Of a stretch of 64,000 nt of DNA, positions 25,099 through 35,958 are shown in pieces. Below the pieces are notes generated by a model that was not told where the DNA came from, ran no database searches, and saw nothing but the letters and a program-made list of their open reading frames with translations. The translations under genes were made by a program, and so were the position numbers. Positions within the stretch are counted from its first letter, which is position 1. Each line of letters opens with the position of its first letter. Source of the stretch: an uncultured delta proteobacterium (lineage in GTDB: Bacteria; Desulfobacterota; Binatia; JACPRU01); the NCBI GenBank assembly GCA_963745025.1, contig CAVUWD010000007.1, positions 75,091-139,090 on the forward strand. The letters run 5' to 3'.

Positions 25099-25528
25099 TT
25101 TTCAGGTTCTGGCCCTGCCCGGATCGCGGCGGGTACTTTTTCGGATCGCCCGTCGGCGGGCCGTGCGACGCGGGGTGATCGATGCGGGCGGCGCCTCGCT
25201 TCGGTGGGGATCCGGCGGCAGGGCAGATGCGAGCGTGACGGAGGTAGCGAGAGATCGACGACAGACCAACCACTCCGGAAACGGCAGATCGAGCGTCGTC
25301 TGCCGAATTTGCTCCTCCTCGTTGTGGAGGCCGCTTATCGCGGCTTCACACCCGACGCGGCGTTCCTTGCGCCGACAGAAACACCACCATCGCGAGCCGG
25401 TTGACGAGCGCCTTGTGCGCGCCGTAGAAAAGTGCGTTTCGAGGCAAAAGTAGGGCGTCGCCGAGCGTCTGAGATCGAGGCGCTAGGTAGGTTTCCGGCC
25501 CTCGTAGCGGCTATCCGGGAGGTGGTGT

Positions 25529-27877
25529 ATGCGATGTCCGTTACAGAACGTCTTCCGGGCTGGCTTGATCCTCGCACTCTTGCTCTCGCCGGGAAGACTG
25601 ACTGCACAGGGGCCGCAGGGTGCGCCGACTGCAGGACCAGAACAGTCGCCGGCTGTTCCTGAGCTTGCCGACCTCATCCCGCTGGCGACTGCCTTGGGCG
25701 GTCGTCTCGCCAGCCTCGAAAGAACCATCCCAGAGGCGGGGGCTCTCTCTCGGGTTGAGCCACAGCTCGGGGAAATCACCACCCTCGTGGACGAGTATGC
25801 CAGACAGCTCTTAGCGCTGAAGGACGCCTTCGACCCGCGGGTAGGGCGAATGCCTCAACTCAAAGCGGAGATCGAGAGTGCGGGCGATACACTGACGGTG
25901 GTCAGCGAATCCGTGACAGCGAAGATCAGGATTTTCGGGAATTTGAGAAAGGAGTGGTTGGCTGAACAAAGGCAGTGGAACGCCTGGCAGGCGGCTTTGC
26001 TCAAAGACGAGCCCCTGGAAGAAATCACAGCGACCATGACAAAGGCCCAGGGAGCTATCGACACAGCCCTCGGTGTTCTCCGGCAACAGCTCAAACCCCT
26101 GCTGGCCATACAAGAACGAGCGGGTACTCTGCAGACCCGGATCAACTCACTCACCGCCGAGGTTGAGGGTCTGATCTCTCTGTCACAGGGCGGCGTCTTG
26201 GTGGACGCCTCTCCGTCGATGTTCTCGGCACGGTATTCTTCTCAATTGGCACCAGCGCTGCGGGCTGGGGTCCAAACCAGGTTGGCTCAAGTTTCATGGC
26301 CAGGAAAGGCGTTTTTTGCCCGGGAAGGATGGATCCTTGTCCTCCAGGGGGTGCTCTCTCTTGCTCTGGTGCTCATCTTCTTCCGTTGTCGCCAACAGTT
26401 GGAGCAAGTGGACCACTGGCGGTTCCTCGCCAAACGGCCTGTTGCCGCAGGCCTCCTGGTCGGCATTCTGTCCGTAGGCGCTTTCTACGAGCGCATTCCG
26501 GATATGCTGCGCCTTGCACTGAGTGTGCTGGTTGGGATTGCCTTCGTGCGCCTTCTCGAGGGCCTAGTGGAAGGGAGCTGGCGTCGGCAGTTTGTGTATG
26601 GCTTGCCGATCCTATTGATCCTGACCAACCTCTGCTATGTTGTCCGCCTTCCACTCGCGCTGTTTCGTCTGTACATCCTGGTGGCGGCGCTGGTGAGCTT
26701 GGTCTGCTGTCTGCGGTGGGCAGCGAGCAGCAGCCGCATGAGAGAGGCGCGGCTTTATGCCTGGGCGTTGCGGCTGGCGTCTATCTTCTTTGCCGCTGTG
26801 CTATTCATAGAGCTTTGGGGTGAAGCAAAGCTGGCAGAGTTTCTCTTCGTCTCGTCGCTCCGGACATTGGCGATTGTGCTCGCCTTTGGTCTGCTCAGGT
26901 ACCTCGTGCGGGGCGGCCTGGAGTGGGCGGTGCTCGGCTTGTCGTCTCGCGGCCTTTCCCCGGCTGGCGGCAATCCCGCTGTTATTGTTCAGCGCTCGGC
27001 CCTTATTTTTGATCTTCTCATCGGTATCGTGATTCTATCCAGCCTACTGATGACGTGGCAAGTGTATGGGAGTCCAGCTGACGCGATCACGGGACTGCTG
27101 TCAGTGCACACAACCGTGGGCTCTCAACGAATCACGCTCGGCCTCGGCATTTTAGCTGTCGGCTCGCTAGGGATCTCTTATCTCGCGTCCTGGGTGCTTC
27201 AGGCAGTGCTGACGGCAAACGTGATGGCGAGACGCAATGTGGACACTGGCGTCAGTATCGCGGTCAACCGCTTGCTCCATTACGCTCTGGTCTCGGGCGG
27301 TTTCGTGATTGCGCTGGTGGTGCTCGGAATCGACCTGACGAAGATGACCCTGTTGGCCAGCGCCCTGGGAGTTGGCATCGGCTTTGGGCTACAGACGATC
27401 GTGAACAACTTCGTGTGTGGACTGATCCTGCTCTTCGAGAGGCCCGTGCGGGTGGGAGACACCATCGAGCTCGGTGGACGGTGGGCGAAGATTGCCAAGA
27501 TTGGACTCCGTTCGACCACGGTCCGGACCCTCGACCAGGCGGACGTGATCGTTCCCAATGCCGATCTCATTACCAATCAGGTGACGAATTGGACCCTGAC
27601 CGATCGGCACGCGCGGGCGATTATCACGGTGAAGGTGGCGAGCGGGTCGGACGTTGCTCTGGTGATGCAGACGTTGAAAGAGTGCGCTCTGGCTCATGCC
27701 GGGGTGATGAAAAGTCCCGAACCGCGGATTTTGTTCCGGAGTTTCGCGGGCAGTTCTCTCGATTTCGAAATGCATGCCTGGATAGTGGAGGTGGACAACA
27801 GGCTGCAAGTTGAAAGTGATCTGCGGGAAGAGATTGATCGGCGGTTTCGCCAGGCTGGTATTGAAGTTCCGTCGTGA
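25529..27877 (+). CDS. MscS/MscK-family mechanosensitive channel
   Basis: Signal peptide, coiled coil, many TM helices, ALGVGIGFGLQTIVNNFVCGLILLFERPVRVGD, IVPNADLITNQVTNWT. Confidence 0.92.
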   Translation: MRCPLQNVFRAGLILALLLSPGRLTAQGPQGAPTAGPEQSPAVPELADLIPLATALGGRLASLERTIPEAGALSRVEPQLGEITTLVDEYARQLLALKDAFDPRVGRMPQLKAEIESAGDTLTVVSESVTAKIRIFGNLRKEWLAEQRQWNAWQAALLKDEPLEEITATMTKAQGAIDTALGVLRQQLKPLLAIQERAGTLQTRINSLTAEVEGLISLSQGGVLVDASPSMFSARYSSQLAPALRAGVQTRLAQVSWPGKAFFAREGWILVLQGVLSLALVLIFFRCRQQLEQVDHWRFLAKRPVAAGLLVGILSVGAFYERIPDMLRLALSVLVGIAFVRLLEGLVEGSWRRQFVYGLPILLILTNLCYVVRLPLALFRLYILVAALVSLVCCLRWAASSSRMREARLYAWALRLASIFFAAVLFIELWGEAKLAEFLFVSSLRTLAIVLAFGLLRYLVRGGLEWAVLGLSSRGLSPAGGNPAVIVQRSALIFDLLIGIVILSSLLMTWQVYGSPADAITGLLSVHTTVGSQRITLGLGILAVGSLGISYLASWVLQAVLTANVMARRNVDTGVSIAVNRLLHYALVSGGFVIALVVLGIDLTKMTLLASALGVGIGFGLQTIVNNFVCGLILLFERPVRVGDTIELGGRWAKIAKIGLRSTTVRTLDQADVIVPNADLITNQVTNWTLTDRHARAIITVKVASGSDVALVMQTLKECALAHAGVMKSPEPRILFRSFAGSSLDFEMHAWIVEVDNRLQVESDLREEIDRRFRQAGIEVPS

Positions 27878-27979
27878 GAGGAGCGCTCGCTTGATCCAAA
27901 CTCGGGCGGGCCGCCGCCGACGGTGTCGCCCACGCAAGCCGTTCGCGCTGCCTGCTCAGGACAATCCGAGAGAGACCTT

Positions 27980-28750
27980 CTACAAGGGCAACGCCGAGGA
28001 GAAGTCGCTCGTTCCCGGCGGTAGCGGGCCGGTCAGCGAGGCGCGCTGCGAGAGCTCGATCCAATTGCCGTCGGGATCGCGGACGAACGAGACGCGAGCA
28101 ACCGTGCCGAGCGTCACGGGCGCGCGGCCCTCGCGGCCGCCGCGATTGAGGACGGCGCGGTGCTCGGCGTCGACGTCACGGATCTGGATCGTGAAGTAGC
28201 GGTAACCCCGCGCGGTGAAGCGCGGATCGATGGTGGCGGTCGGATCCCACTTGAAAGAGAGGATCGAGTCACCGCAGCGGTAGGCAGCCGGCGCAACCTG
28301 CTCGAGGTCTAGCACGCGACCGTAGAAGTCGTGGAACGTGGCCTCGTCGCGCACGTGAAGATGGAGACCGATTTTTCCCACCCGCTGGTCACCCGGCGGG
28401 ACGAGCACGACATGGTTGCCGTCGGGGTCGACGAGCTCGCGGCGCTCGGCCAAACCGGCACGCGCGATGCGGAGCTCGCGATAGCCGGCGATCGGCATCT
28501 CCTCGAGAGGGTCACGCGAGTGGTTCAGCTTGAAGACGGATCCGTTCATGCCGTGCCGGTGCTGGCGGAGCCCCTGCCCTATCGGAAGAAGGCTCTCGAA
28601 CGGTAAGCCCACCTCCTGTTGCCAGAAGGCGAGCATCGGCTCGAGGCGATCGGTGATGATGCCGACGTCGATGTGACGTTTCGCGAGATTGATGAGCGGC
28701 TCCCCGGTGCTCAGACTACGTCGTACCCACCCGAGTGACGTCCACTGCAT
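27980..28750 (-). CDS. VOC/glyoxalase family protein (start uncertain)
   Basis: IDVGII...FW, LVDPDGNHV, SFVRDPDGNWIELSQ. Confidence 0.8.
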   Translation of the reverse strand: MQWTSLGWVRRSLSTGEPLINLAKRHIDVGIITDRLEPMLAFWQQEVGLPFESLLPIGQGLRQHRHGMNGSVFKLNHSRDPLEEMPIAGYRELRIARAGLAERRELVDPDGNHVVLVPPGDQRVGKIGLHLHVRDEATFHDFYGRVLDLEQVAPAAYRCGDSILSFKWDPTATIDPRFTARGYRYFTIQIRDVDAEHRAVLNRGGREGRAPVTLGTVARVSFVRDPDGNWIELSQRASLTGPLPPGTSDFSSALPL

Positions 28751-29200
28751 GCGTGCAATCGCTGAGGCACGGTGTCGTCAGGACGACGATCTCGAACAGG
28801 TTCTCCCCGCGCAGCTTGGCCGGAACCTGCAGAAGCTTCGCGATACTGAAGGATGGCGTTACGAACGAGCCGACGCGCAGCGCATAGGCAACGACCTGCT
28901 TGTTGTCGCTGTACACGTTCTCGAGCACCGCCACGTTGACACGCACCTCCTTGCCGGCGCTTTGCGTCGATGCGCTGATCCAGCGCTTGTCGATGAGCGA
29001 CGGAAACCAGGGCACCAGGTCGGCATCGATCCGCGTCACGCCGTAGCCGGAACGATAGAACCAGAAGTTCCTGTTCGCGGCACGCAGCGCCGCTCCGCAG
29101 AAACCGCCATGAACCGCTCCTGGCAGTCGATCAGCGCCATGCCCTGGGCAACCTTGCCCTGGCGGATGAGGATCGAGCCCTCGAATGCCCATGGTGAGCC
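28716..29200 (-). CDS. Hypothetical protein, possibly a fragment
   Basis: Protein-like ORF (LIDKRWISASTQ...LFEIVVLTT) with no recognised motif. Confidence 0.3.
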
Positions 29201-29452
29201 TGGCTGACCATCGGTGTGCTCCGACCGCTACGCCGTACCGCAGGCCTAGAGACGGTAGATGGACCATGTCTTGCGGCTTCGGAAATAGTCATCGTCATTG
29301 TTGAAGGTCACGAAGAATTCGGAGAAGTAAGGTACGGTATCCATTCCCACCGCCTGGGCCTGAGTTCCCAGCTCGGACAGAAGTCGGGCCAGAAACCGGG
29401 CAATTTGCATGACATACATCCTAACTGGAGAGTGCCGAGTTCTCGAGCTTAA

Positions 29453-29818
29453 TCATGACCGCTTTGCGGACGAAGCGGTAGGGGCGCGAAGCCGAAGCTT
29501 GAGGTCCGAGAGTTCGGTGGCCAGATCGATCCAGCGATCGACGAGGTTGCGGAGGCGGGCGTAGTTGGCGATGTCGATCCGGATGGCGGGTACGTCAGGC
29601 TTCTTGATGAGGCGGGTTCCGCCTTTGCCTTTGCGGGTGTAGCTCAGGTGGTAGTACGGGCCGTGTTTCTGCGGGGGGGTGCCCTTGCAGCGGCAGCCGG
29701 CTGACCCGCAGACGGTGTACTGGCGGGAGAGACTCCCTGGGCGCAGCTCTTCGAGCTTGGCCAGCTCGCGCTTGACCGCCGCGATCTGAGCCCTCAGGGC
29801 TCGTACCCGTTGAATCAT
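29453..29818 (-). CDS. DUF6788-like protein (IS-associated Cys/His protein)
   Basis: LRPGSLSRQYTVCGSAGCRCKG..KHGPYYHLSYTRKGK. Confidence 0.75.
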   Translation of the reverse strand: MIQRVRALRAQIAAVKRELAKLEELRPGSLSRQYTVCGSAGCRCKGTPPQKHGPYYHLSYTRKGKGGTRLIKKPDVPAIRIDIANYARLRNLVDRWIDLATELSDLKLRLRAPTASSAKRS

Positions 29819-30124
29819 CCGCTTCGTGGGTAGCACGGGATTTGGCACTTATCTCGCGGGCATGGTGACGATGGAATTCCGCCGGGCGGCGTAGCCGGCA
29901 GTACCGCCGCCAATTCAGCCGATAGCCGAGCACAGGGTCGCGAAGCTCGCCGTCACGCGTAACGTCCTCGCCCCGGCACCCTGTGATCTCAGCCGCTTCG
30001 CCGAGGTTCGGTGAATCAAGCCGCCGCCTGAACGAGCGTCCCCTGAGAGAGACCGGGGTCGAACCCTGCCCCCTCGTTCCACTTTGTCAGGGAGCTTCGG
30101 GAAGCTTGGCCGGAGGTCCGGCTA

Positions 30125-30608
30125 TCAGCCCAGGAGTTCGGCCAGTCCGAAAGCGGCGAAGACGATCGCGGCGAGGCTGCAGGGGACAAGGGTCCCGACG
30201 AGGGCGTAGTTGATCCACGAGGCGCCGGGTTCGAGCACTGCCAGACCGGGCTTCGTCGGGTGATGGCAGACGTTCACGGCCTTTCCTTCGGGATACCGAT
30301 CCACCATCCCCCGCGAATAGGCAGTCGCGCGGACTTCGTGGAATGAGATCCGGCTTCCCGAGAAACGCGCGCCGTCGACCTCGAACTCGTACTCGATGTC
30401 AGGCGCGGCCTGACCGGTTTCCGAGGGCACCGCGGGCGAGTGCGGAGCGCACGATCCTTCCGGGCACGACCGGCCAGCGCCGGCTCGACCGCGCCCGCAG
30501 GAGCTGAATCGTCTCCCGGGCCGTCGCAAGGGCCAGCAACGAGATCGCGGCGAGGCCCGCGATCGCTTCCAGCCAGGGAGGCGCCGGGCCGGCGGCAGGA
30601 GCGCTCAT
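30125..30608 (-). pseudogene. DUF3592-like membrane protein, frameshifted
   Basis: ARSSRRWPVVPGRIVRS in one frame, PDIEYEFEVDG...YPEGKAVNVCHHPTKPGLAVLE in another. Confidence 0.7.
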
Positions 30609-30734
30609 CGTCACTTACCGAATTGGGAGTTTAGCGGGCTCCGTGACCGTCAGTGAACCCGAAACAGGTATGCCGGCCCCAGGGCGTGCGGCGTGCGCGA
30701 TGCCGGCGCGCCCTTGCTTGCCGTCGCGGAGGAC

Positions 30735-30995
30735 ACTCTGCGGCGACAATTTCATTAAGGCACAGAAGGCGCTCGGGGTCCGCCACCCTTCGCTCTACCA
30801 GGCGAAGCACACCTATGCCTATGCCGTTCTCTCGCTGCTCGCCATCGAAAGTCCTGCAGTCGTCGTACGCAACCTTTGCATCTCGCTCGCCATCCTGGAG
30901 AAGCACTACGCGGCCGCGCTCCAGAAGGGCCGGACGATCGTCCTCGAGAACGCCACGCGGGCCTCGGAAACGCCACGGGCGTTTCCGAGGGCGCA
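30735..30995 (+). mobile_element. Tyrosine integrase C-terminal remnant followed by a perfect 13-bp hairpin
   Basis: LGVRHPSLYQAKHTYA...VRNLCISLAILEKHYA; hairpin CCTCGGAAACGCC-acg-GGCGTTTCCGAGG at 30962-30990. Confidence 0.6.
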
Positions 30996-31004
30996 AGCAC
31001 GTCT

Positions 31005-31140
31005 CGCACCGCACGGTCTCGAGCTCCACAGAAACCAACCTAGCGACGTTTCGGCGAAGCTCGTCAACGATTAGGGATACGAGGTCCCTCTCCTCGCCGA
31101 CATCACCAGGAGAGCCGATGAACACACGGAGCTTTTTCAT
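31005..31140 (-). pseudogene. DUF4062 (TIR-like) N-terminal remnant
   Basis: MKKLRVFIGSPGDVGEERDLV...VELETVR, cut off at the integrase relic. Confidence 0.65.
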
Positions 31141-31351
31141 CTTCGTCCCGTTGTGCGCCAGCTAACCGCCCTGCCGTTGAGCGGCCGGCGCCCACTGCTG
31201 CCCGGCCATAGCGGCCGGCGCACACCCCGTTCGGCCGAAGCGAGCTGGTCGCGCGCCGGGTTGCTCCAAACTGCGACCGCGATTTTTTTCGCGCCATAGC
31301 CCGCTGGGTCTAGGTGCAATCTCAAACGTCGCCAACCGCCGGGTGAAGACC

Positions 31352-31987
31352 TCACTTCCAGTCGACGACGGCGGAGAGGGGGAGCCTCGGCCGGCGCTTG
31401 AACACGCCGTCCGGCCGGCCGAGCGGGATGAGCGCCACGGTCTCGACGTCGTCGGCGATGCCTAGCAGAGCCTTCACCTCGCTCTCGAAGATCCGGTGGA
31501 GCGTGATGAGGCGTGTTGCGAGACCGAGCGCGGTCGCCGCGAGGATCAGGTTCTGCACCGCGGGATAGACCGACGAGTACGGCGTGCCAACGTCGATCGG
31601 TTTTCCCGCCTCGTCGCGGAGCAGAAGCCGCCCGCCGGTTTCCTTCAGACCGACGACGATGTGAACTGGGACAGCGCTGAGATTTCGCGCGAGCGCGTCA
31701 GCGCCGGCGAGCATCGAGCGGCCCTGCGCGTCGAGCCGATCGCCGAAGAGCCGTTCGACCGCCGGGCGGTACACGTTCCACGCGCGCAGATAGATCTCGC
31801 CGAGCCGTCGGCGAAGCTCCGGGTTTCGCACGACGACGAAGCGCCAGGGCTGCGAATTGCCGCCGCTCGCGGCGCGGGTCGCGGCCTCGAGAATCTTCCG
31901 TACGTCGAAGTTGTCAATCGGGTCGGGACGGAAGCGCCATGCGGCGCGGAGGTTGTCGATCGCATCGAAGACCGTCATGTCGGCCAT
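31352..31987 (-). CDS. Nitroreductase family protein
   Basis: LRAAWRF, ILEAATRAASGGNSQPWRFVVV, SVYPAVQNLILAATALGL, LIPLGRP. Confidence 0.9.
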   Translation of the reverse strand: MADMTVFDAIDNLRAAWRFRPDPIDNFDVRKILEAATRAASGGNSQPWRFVVVRNPELRRRLGEIYLRAWNVYRPAVERLFGDRLDAQGRSMLAGADALARNLSAVPVHIVVGLKETGGRLLLRDEAGKPIDVGTPYSSVYPAVQNLILAATALGLATRLITLHRIFESEVKALLGIADDVETVALIPLGRPDGVFKRRPRLPLSAVVDWK

Positions 31988-32062
31988 GGGTGTCCCCGTT
32001 TCTCGATCACGCGACGTGACCGGGGGAAGACTACCACGGCGTCTAGCGACGACCCTATGGCT

Positions 32063-32818
32063 TCACTCCTGAGGTGCCCTAGCGATGCAGCAATAGACCG
32101 CCGCTGTGGACCTGTGGTCGTCACGTATGAGGCATCCGAGAAACTCCTCTTGGACCTGATCCATGCTGGAGCCGCAGAAGTCCCGGAGCACCGTCATGCG
32201 GTTGAACCGGGACCGCCACGCGTCGAGCACTTCGGGGCGAGCCGGTCCGCTGAAGGAGAGCTCCTGATCCTCGAGCTTCATCACCTTTGAGACGGTGAAG
32301 CCGGATCGCTCCAAATAGCCTCCGAGCTTTCGGCCCATGTGAAAGTCATACCGGCCTGCCGCGAGCGATTCTGCGGCGTAGTTGCTGAGTAATGCCTTCG
32401 TCCGGTCGCTGAGTGGCTCGTGTCCGAACAGGTCGTCGATCTCCGTGAACACGATCCAACCGCCCGGCTTCAAGTCTCGCGCCCACGCCGAGAGCGATGT
32501 GGGTAGGTCCGGGAAGTACGCAGCCGTAAAACTGCTCCAGACGAGGTCCGCGACGACTCCGAAGTCCGAGAACGTGCGCAGGTCGGCCATTCGGAACTCT
32601 GCGCCGGGGAGATTCCGGGATCGGGCCTCCCGGAGAAGCTCCTCGTTGAGGTCGATGCCGAGCACGCGAGCCCCACGCGCCGCCAGCTCCGCCGCGAGAT
32701 CGCCCACGCCGCATCCGAGGTCGAGGACGGTCTTTCCCTGAAGCGAAGGAAGTGCGTCGAGGATGGTGGGCCAGTCACGCCACGCGAACTGCCGCTTGTA
32801 CTCGCTCGAGAGGCTCAT
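32063..32818 (-). CDS. Class I SAM-dependent methyltransferase
   Basis: VLDLGCGVG, GIDLN, LKPGGW. Confidence 0.88.
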   Translation of the reverse strand: MSLSSEYKRQFAWRDWPTILDALPSLQGKTVLDLGCGVGDLAAELAARGARVLGIDLNEELLREARSRNLPGAEFRMADLRTFSDFGVVADLVWSSFTAAYFPDLPTSLSAWARDLKPGGWIVFTEIDDLFGHEPLSDRTKALLSNYAAESLAAGRYDFHMGRKLGGYLERSGFTVSKVMKLEDQELSFSGPARPEVLDAWRSRFNRMTVLRDFCGSSMDQVQEEFLGCLIRDDHRSTAAVYCCIARAPQE

Positions 32819-33063
32819 CGTTTCCCGTGTCTACGTGTCGAGCAGCTTCTGGACTGCGACCATTCCGGGCAGTGAATTGAACAGGGCATGCGCGAGTATC
32901 GCAACGGCTGTGTTCTCTCCCCCGCCAATCGAGGTGCGAGCGACCTCAGCGGGGCGTGGAAGCTACGCCGTGCTGTTTAGCGCTTCGCTGTAACTCTACC
33001 GCGGAACAAGATTCTCCCTAACTCGGTTCCGCATCGCGCATCAATCACGCACCGTGGATTCGG

Positions 33064-33270
33064 ATGGCACACGAATGGCACACGCGAGTGAAAAAACATA
33101 AGCCACCCGCCGGATTCGAACCGGCGACCTGCTGGTTACGAATTCTCTCCAGGACCAAACCGAGACCAACCAGGAGCAACCAACTCCGCCTACGGACGAC
33201 GATTCCGAATGAGACGAGTTGCTCCTGGTTCGGCCTGGTTGGTCCTGGTGTGGTAGCAGGGCGGTAGCAG
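33064..33270 (-). mobile_element. attP-like scar: tRNA-Thr(CGT) 3' half with arm repeats and an inverted repeat
   Basis: 33101-33143 reversed = ATTCGTAACCAGCAGGTCGCCGGTTCGAATCCGGCGGGTGGCT; ATGGCACACG x2 (33064-33084); imperfect IR 33148-33180/33218-33248; GGTAGCAG x2 (33252-33270). Confidence 0.75.
33183..33270 (+). repeat. 88-bp direct repeat, copy 1
   Basis: Matches 35284-35371 with 13 mismatches by manual alignment. Confidence 0.85.
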
Positions 33271-33474
33271 AAGATGGGAGCTGGTGGCGTAAGGAGCCTC
33301 GGCCTGGATCTCTTTCTACCGACGCGGTGACCCGCGAGGCGTACTCGCACGGGGTGACCAGCGCGGGGTCTTGGACCGGCGGTCGAGGCGAAGCAGGGCG
33401 TCAAGGTCGGCATGGCCGTCACACAGTCGGCCCCTATGCAGCCGACCAAGCCTTTAGGAGAATATTGGCCCCTC

Positions 33475-35242
33475 ATGACACGTGACCCGATCCTTCATCA
33501 AAGCGCCGATGCGGATTCCAGAGGATGGCTGCGCTGGCTTCCTGGACTCTGCCTTCTGCGCCGGTACGACCGGAGCTGGCTGCCACACGATCTCGTCGCT
33601 GGACTGGTGCTGACGACGATGCTGGTGCCGGTCGGCATCGCTTACGCCGAGGCGTCCGGCGTGCCGGGCATCTACGGACTCTACGCCACGATCGTGCCGC
33701 TGCTCGCGTACGCGTTGTTCGGCCCGAGCCGGATCCTCGTGCTGGGACCGGATTCCTCGCTCGCGGCGGTGATCCTGGCGGTCGTCCTGCCGCTCTCGGC
33801 GGGCGACCCTCAACGCGCCGTCGCGCTGGCGGGCGCGATGGCGATCGTGTCCGGCGCTCGTGTGCATCGCGGCGGGCCTCGCGCGCCTCGGCTTCGTCAC
33901 CGAGCTGCTCTCGAAGCCGATCCGCTACGGCTACATGAACGGCATCGCGCTGACGGTGCTGCTGAGCCAGATCCCCAAGCTGCTCGGCTTCTCCGTCGAG
34001 GCCGACGGGACCGCTGCGCGAGGCATCTGGGCGATCGCACAGAGCCGTGCTGGCCGGCAGAGACGAACGTCGTGGCGCTCGCTCATCGGCGGCAGCGACA
34101 CTCGCGCTGATCCTGCTCCTCAAGCGCTCGTCCGCGCGTGCCGGGCATCCTGATCGCCGTCGTGGGCGCCACGATCGTGGTCGCCGCGCTGGACCTCGAC
34201 AGCGCGTGCCGGCGTGTCGGTGCTCGGCCCCTTGCCGCAGGGGCTGCCGCTGCCTCGCCATTCCGCTCATCGGCCTCGACGACCTCGTGCCGGTGCTCAC
34301 CGGCGGCGCTCGCCGTGGCGCTCGTGTCCTTCGCCGACACGAGCGTGCTGTCGCGCACCTACGCCGCGCGCCTGCGGTCGCCGGTCGACCCGAATCAGGA
34401 GATGGTCGGTCTCGGCGCCGCGAACCTCGCGGCCGGGTTCTTCCAGGGCTTCCCGATCAGCAGCAGCTCGTCGCGCACGCCCGGTGGCCGAGGCGGCCGG
34501 CGCGAGGACCCAGCTGACGGGCGTGGTCGGCGCGCTGGCCATCGCGCTGCTGCTGCTGCTGGCGCCGGACCTGCTCCAGTACCTGCCGAACACGGCGCTC
34601 GCGGCCGTCGTCATCGCCTCGGCCATCGGCCTGATCGAGGTCGCCGACCTGCGCCGCATCTACCGCATCCAGCGCTGGGAATTCTGGCTGTCGATGGTCT
34701 GCTTCGCCGGCGTCGCGGTGTTCGGCGCCATTCCCGGCATCGCGATCGCGATCGTGATCGCCGTGATCGAATTCCTCTGGGACGGCTGGCGTCCGCATTC
34801 GGCGGTGCTCGGACGCGTCGACCGCGTCAAGGGCTACCACGACATCACGCGCTATCCGCAGGCGCGCCGGATCCCGGGGCTCGTGCTGTTCCGCTGGGAT
34901 GCGCCGCTGTTCTTCGCCAACGCCGAGCTCTTCCACGATCGCGTGCTCGAGGCGGTGGCGACTTCGCCGACACCCGTGCGCTGGGTCGTGGTGGCGGCCG
35001 AGCCGGTCACGAGCGTCGACGTCACCGCCGCCGACATCGTGGCCGAGCTCGACGACGCGCTTCAGCGCTGCGGGCATCGAGTTGTGCTTCGCGGAGATGA
35101 AGGATCCGGTCAAGGACAAGCTGAAGCGCTTCGGACTGTTCGCGCGCTCGGCGAGGAGACGTTCTTCCCGACCGTCGGCGAAGCGGTGAACGCCTATCTC
35201 GAGCGCCACAATGTCGATTGGGAGGACTGGAAGGATCGCTAG
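33475..35242 (+). CDS. SulP/SLC26 anion transporter with STAS domain (multiple frameshifts)
   Basis: DLVAGLVL..VPVGIAYA, GLYATIVPLLAYALFGPSR, DPNQEMVGLGAANL, GFPISSSSSRT, FRWDAPLFFANA. Confidence 0.88.
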
Positions 35243-35283
35243 TCGAGTCCCATCCCGAGGTCTCAGGTCTTCAACGCTTCGGC

Positions 35284-35371
35284 ACTCCGCCTACGGACGA
35301 AGATTTCGAGTGAGACAAATGGCTCCTGGTTCGGCCTGGTTGGGGGTGGTTTCGTAGCAGAGCGGTGGCAG
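35284..35371 (+). repeat. 88-bp direct repeat, copy 2
   Basis: ACTCCGCCTACGGACGA...GCTCCTGGTTCGGCCTGGTTGG...GTAGCAGAGCGGTGGCAG. Confidence 0.85.
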
Positions 35372-35491
35372 GCCTCGTTTTCCGACCTCGCCCGCAAGCG
35401 GCAACCGGTGTAACATGACGCCCGCACAGGCGGCATCCTCGCCGTGGTCGGGCTTGCCGGTCTGCCGCCCCGACCGATCGGAGGAGCATCG

Positions 35492-35839
35492 ATGACGGCA
35501 TCCGAAACCCGCGCGGACGAGGTCTGGCCCTCCCTGCCCTTCGGCGAGTGGCGCGAGACCTGCGCCACCCTGCAGCTCTACTTTCAGATCGTCGGCAAGG
35601 TGCGCCTCGCGCTCACGCCGTGGATCAACCACTCGTGGCACGCGACGCTGTACGTCACCGCGAGGGGGTTGACCACCTCGCTCGTGCCGCACGGATCGAG
35701 GTCCTTCGAGATCGAGCTGGACCTCGTGGGCGGCGCGGTCGCGATCCGCACCGCCGACGGCGCGGAGCGGTACCTGCCGCTCGTCGCCTTTGTGATAACA
35801 AAACAGCGTTCACTTGACACGAACGACCTTTGGGTCTAG
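35492..35839 (+). pseudogene. DUF5996-like protein, N-terminal third only
   Basis: WPSLPFGEWRETCATLQLYFQIVGKVRLALTPWINHSWHATLYVTARGLTT; homology ends near 35785. Confidence 0.7.
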
Positions 35840-35842
35840 GCG
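35789..35842 (+). promoter_or_regulatory. Putative sigma70 promoter and operator upstream of the P450
   Basis: TTGACA (35814) - 17 nt - TAGGCG; preceded by the short inverted repeat TTTGT-GATA-ACAAA. Confidence 0.35.
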
Positions 35843-35958
35843 TTCCCTTCGACCGACAGCGCCGGGGAGGGCGCACCAGGCTAGAGTCACGGGGCCGGGT
35901 TGCAGGCGACCTCACCGCATGGGCAGCGCCCCTCAAATCCTGCTCGGAGACCCACACC

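Noticed and set aside
30043-30070. GAGAGAGACCGGGGTCGAACCC as another tRNA att core
   Set aside because: Too short and degenerate to assign.
32828-32850. Fifth attC-like half-site before the methyltransferase
   Set aside because: Lacks the invariant GTT (reads CGTAGAC).
33101-33143. Functional tRNA-Thr genes at 33.1 and 58.2 kb
   Set aside because: Only the 3' halves are present; the 58.2-kb copy also has an altered anticodon.
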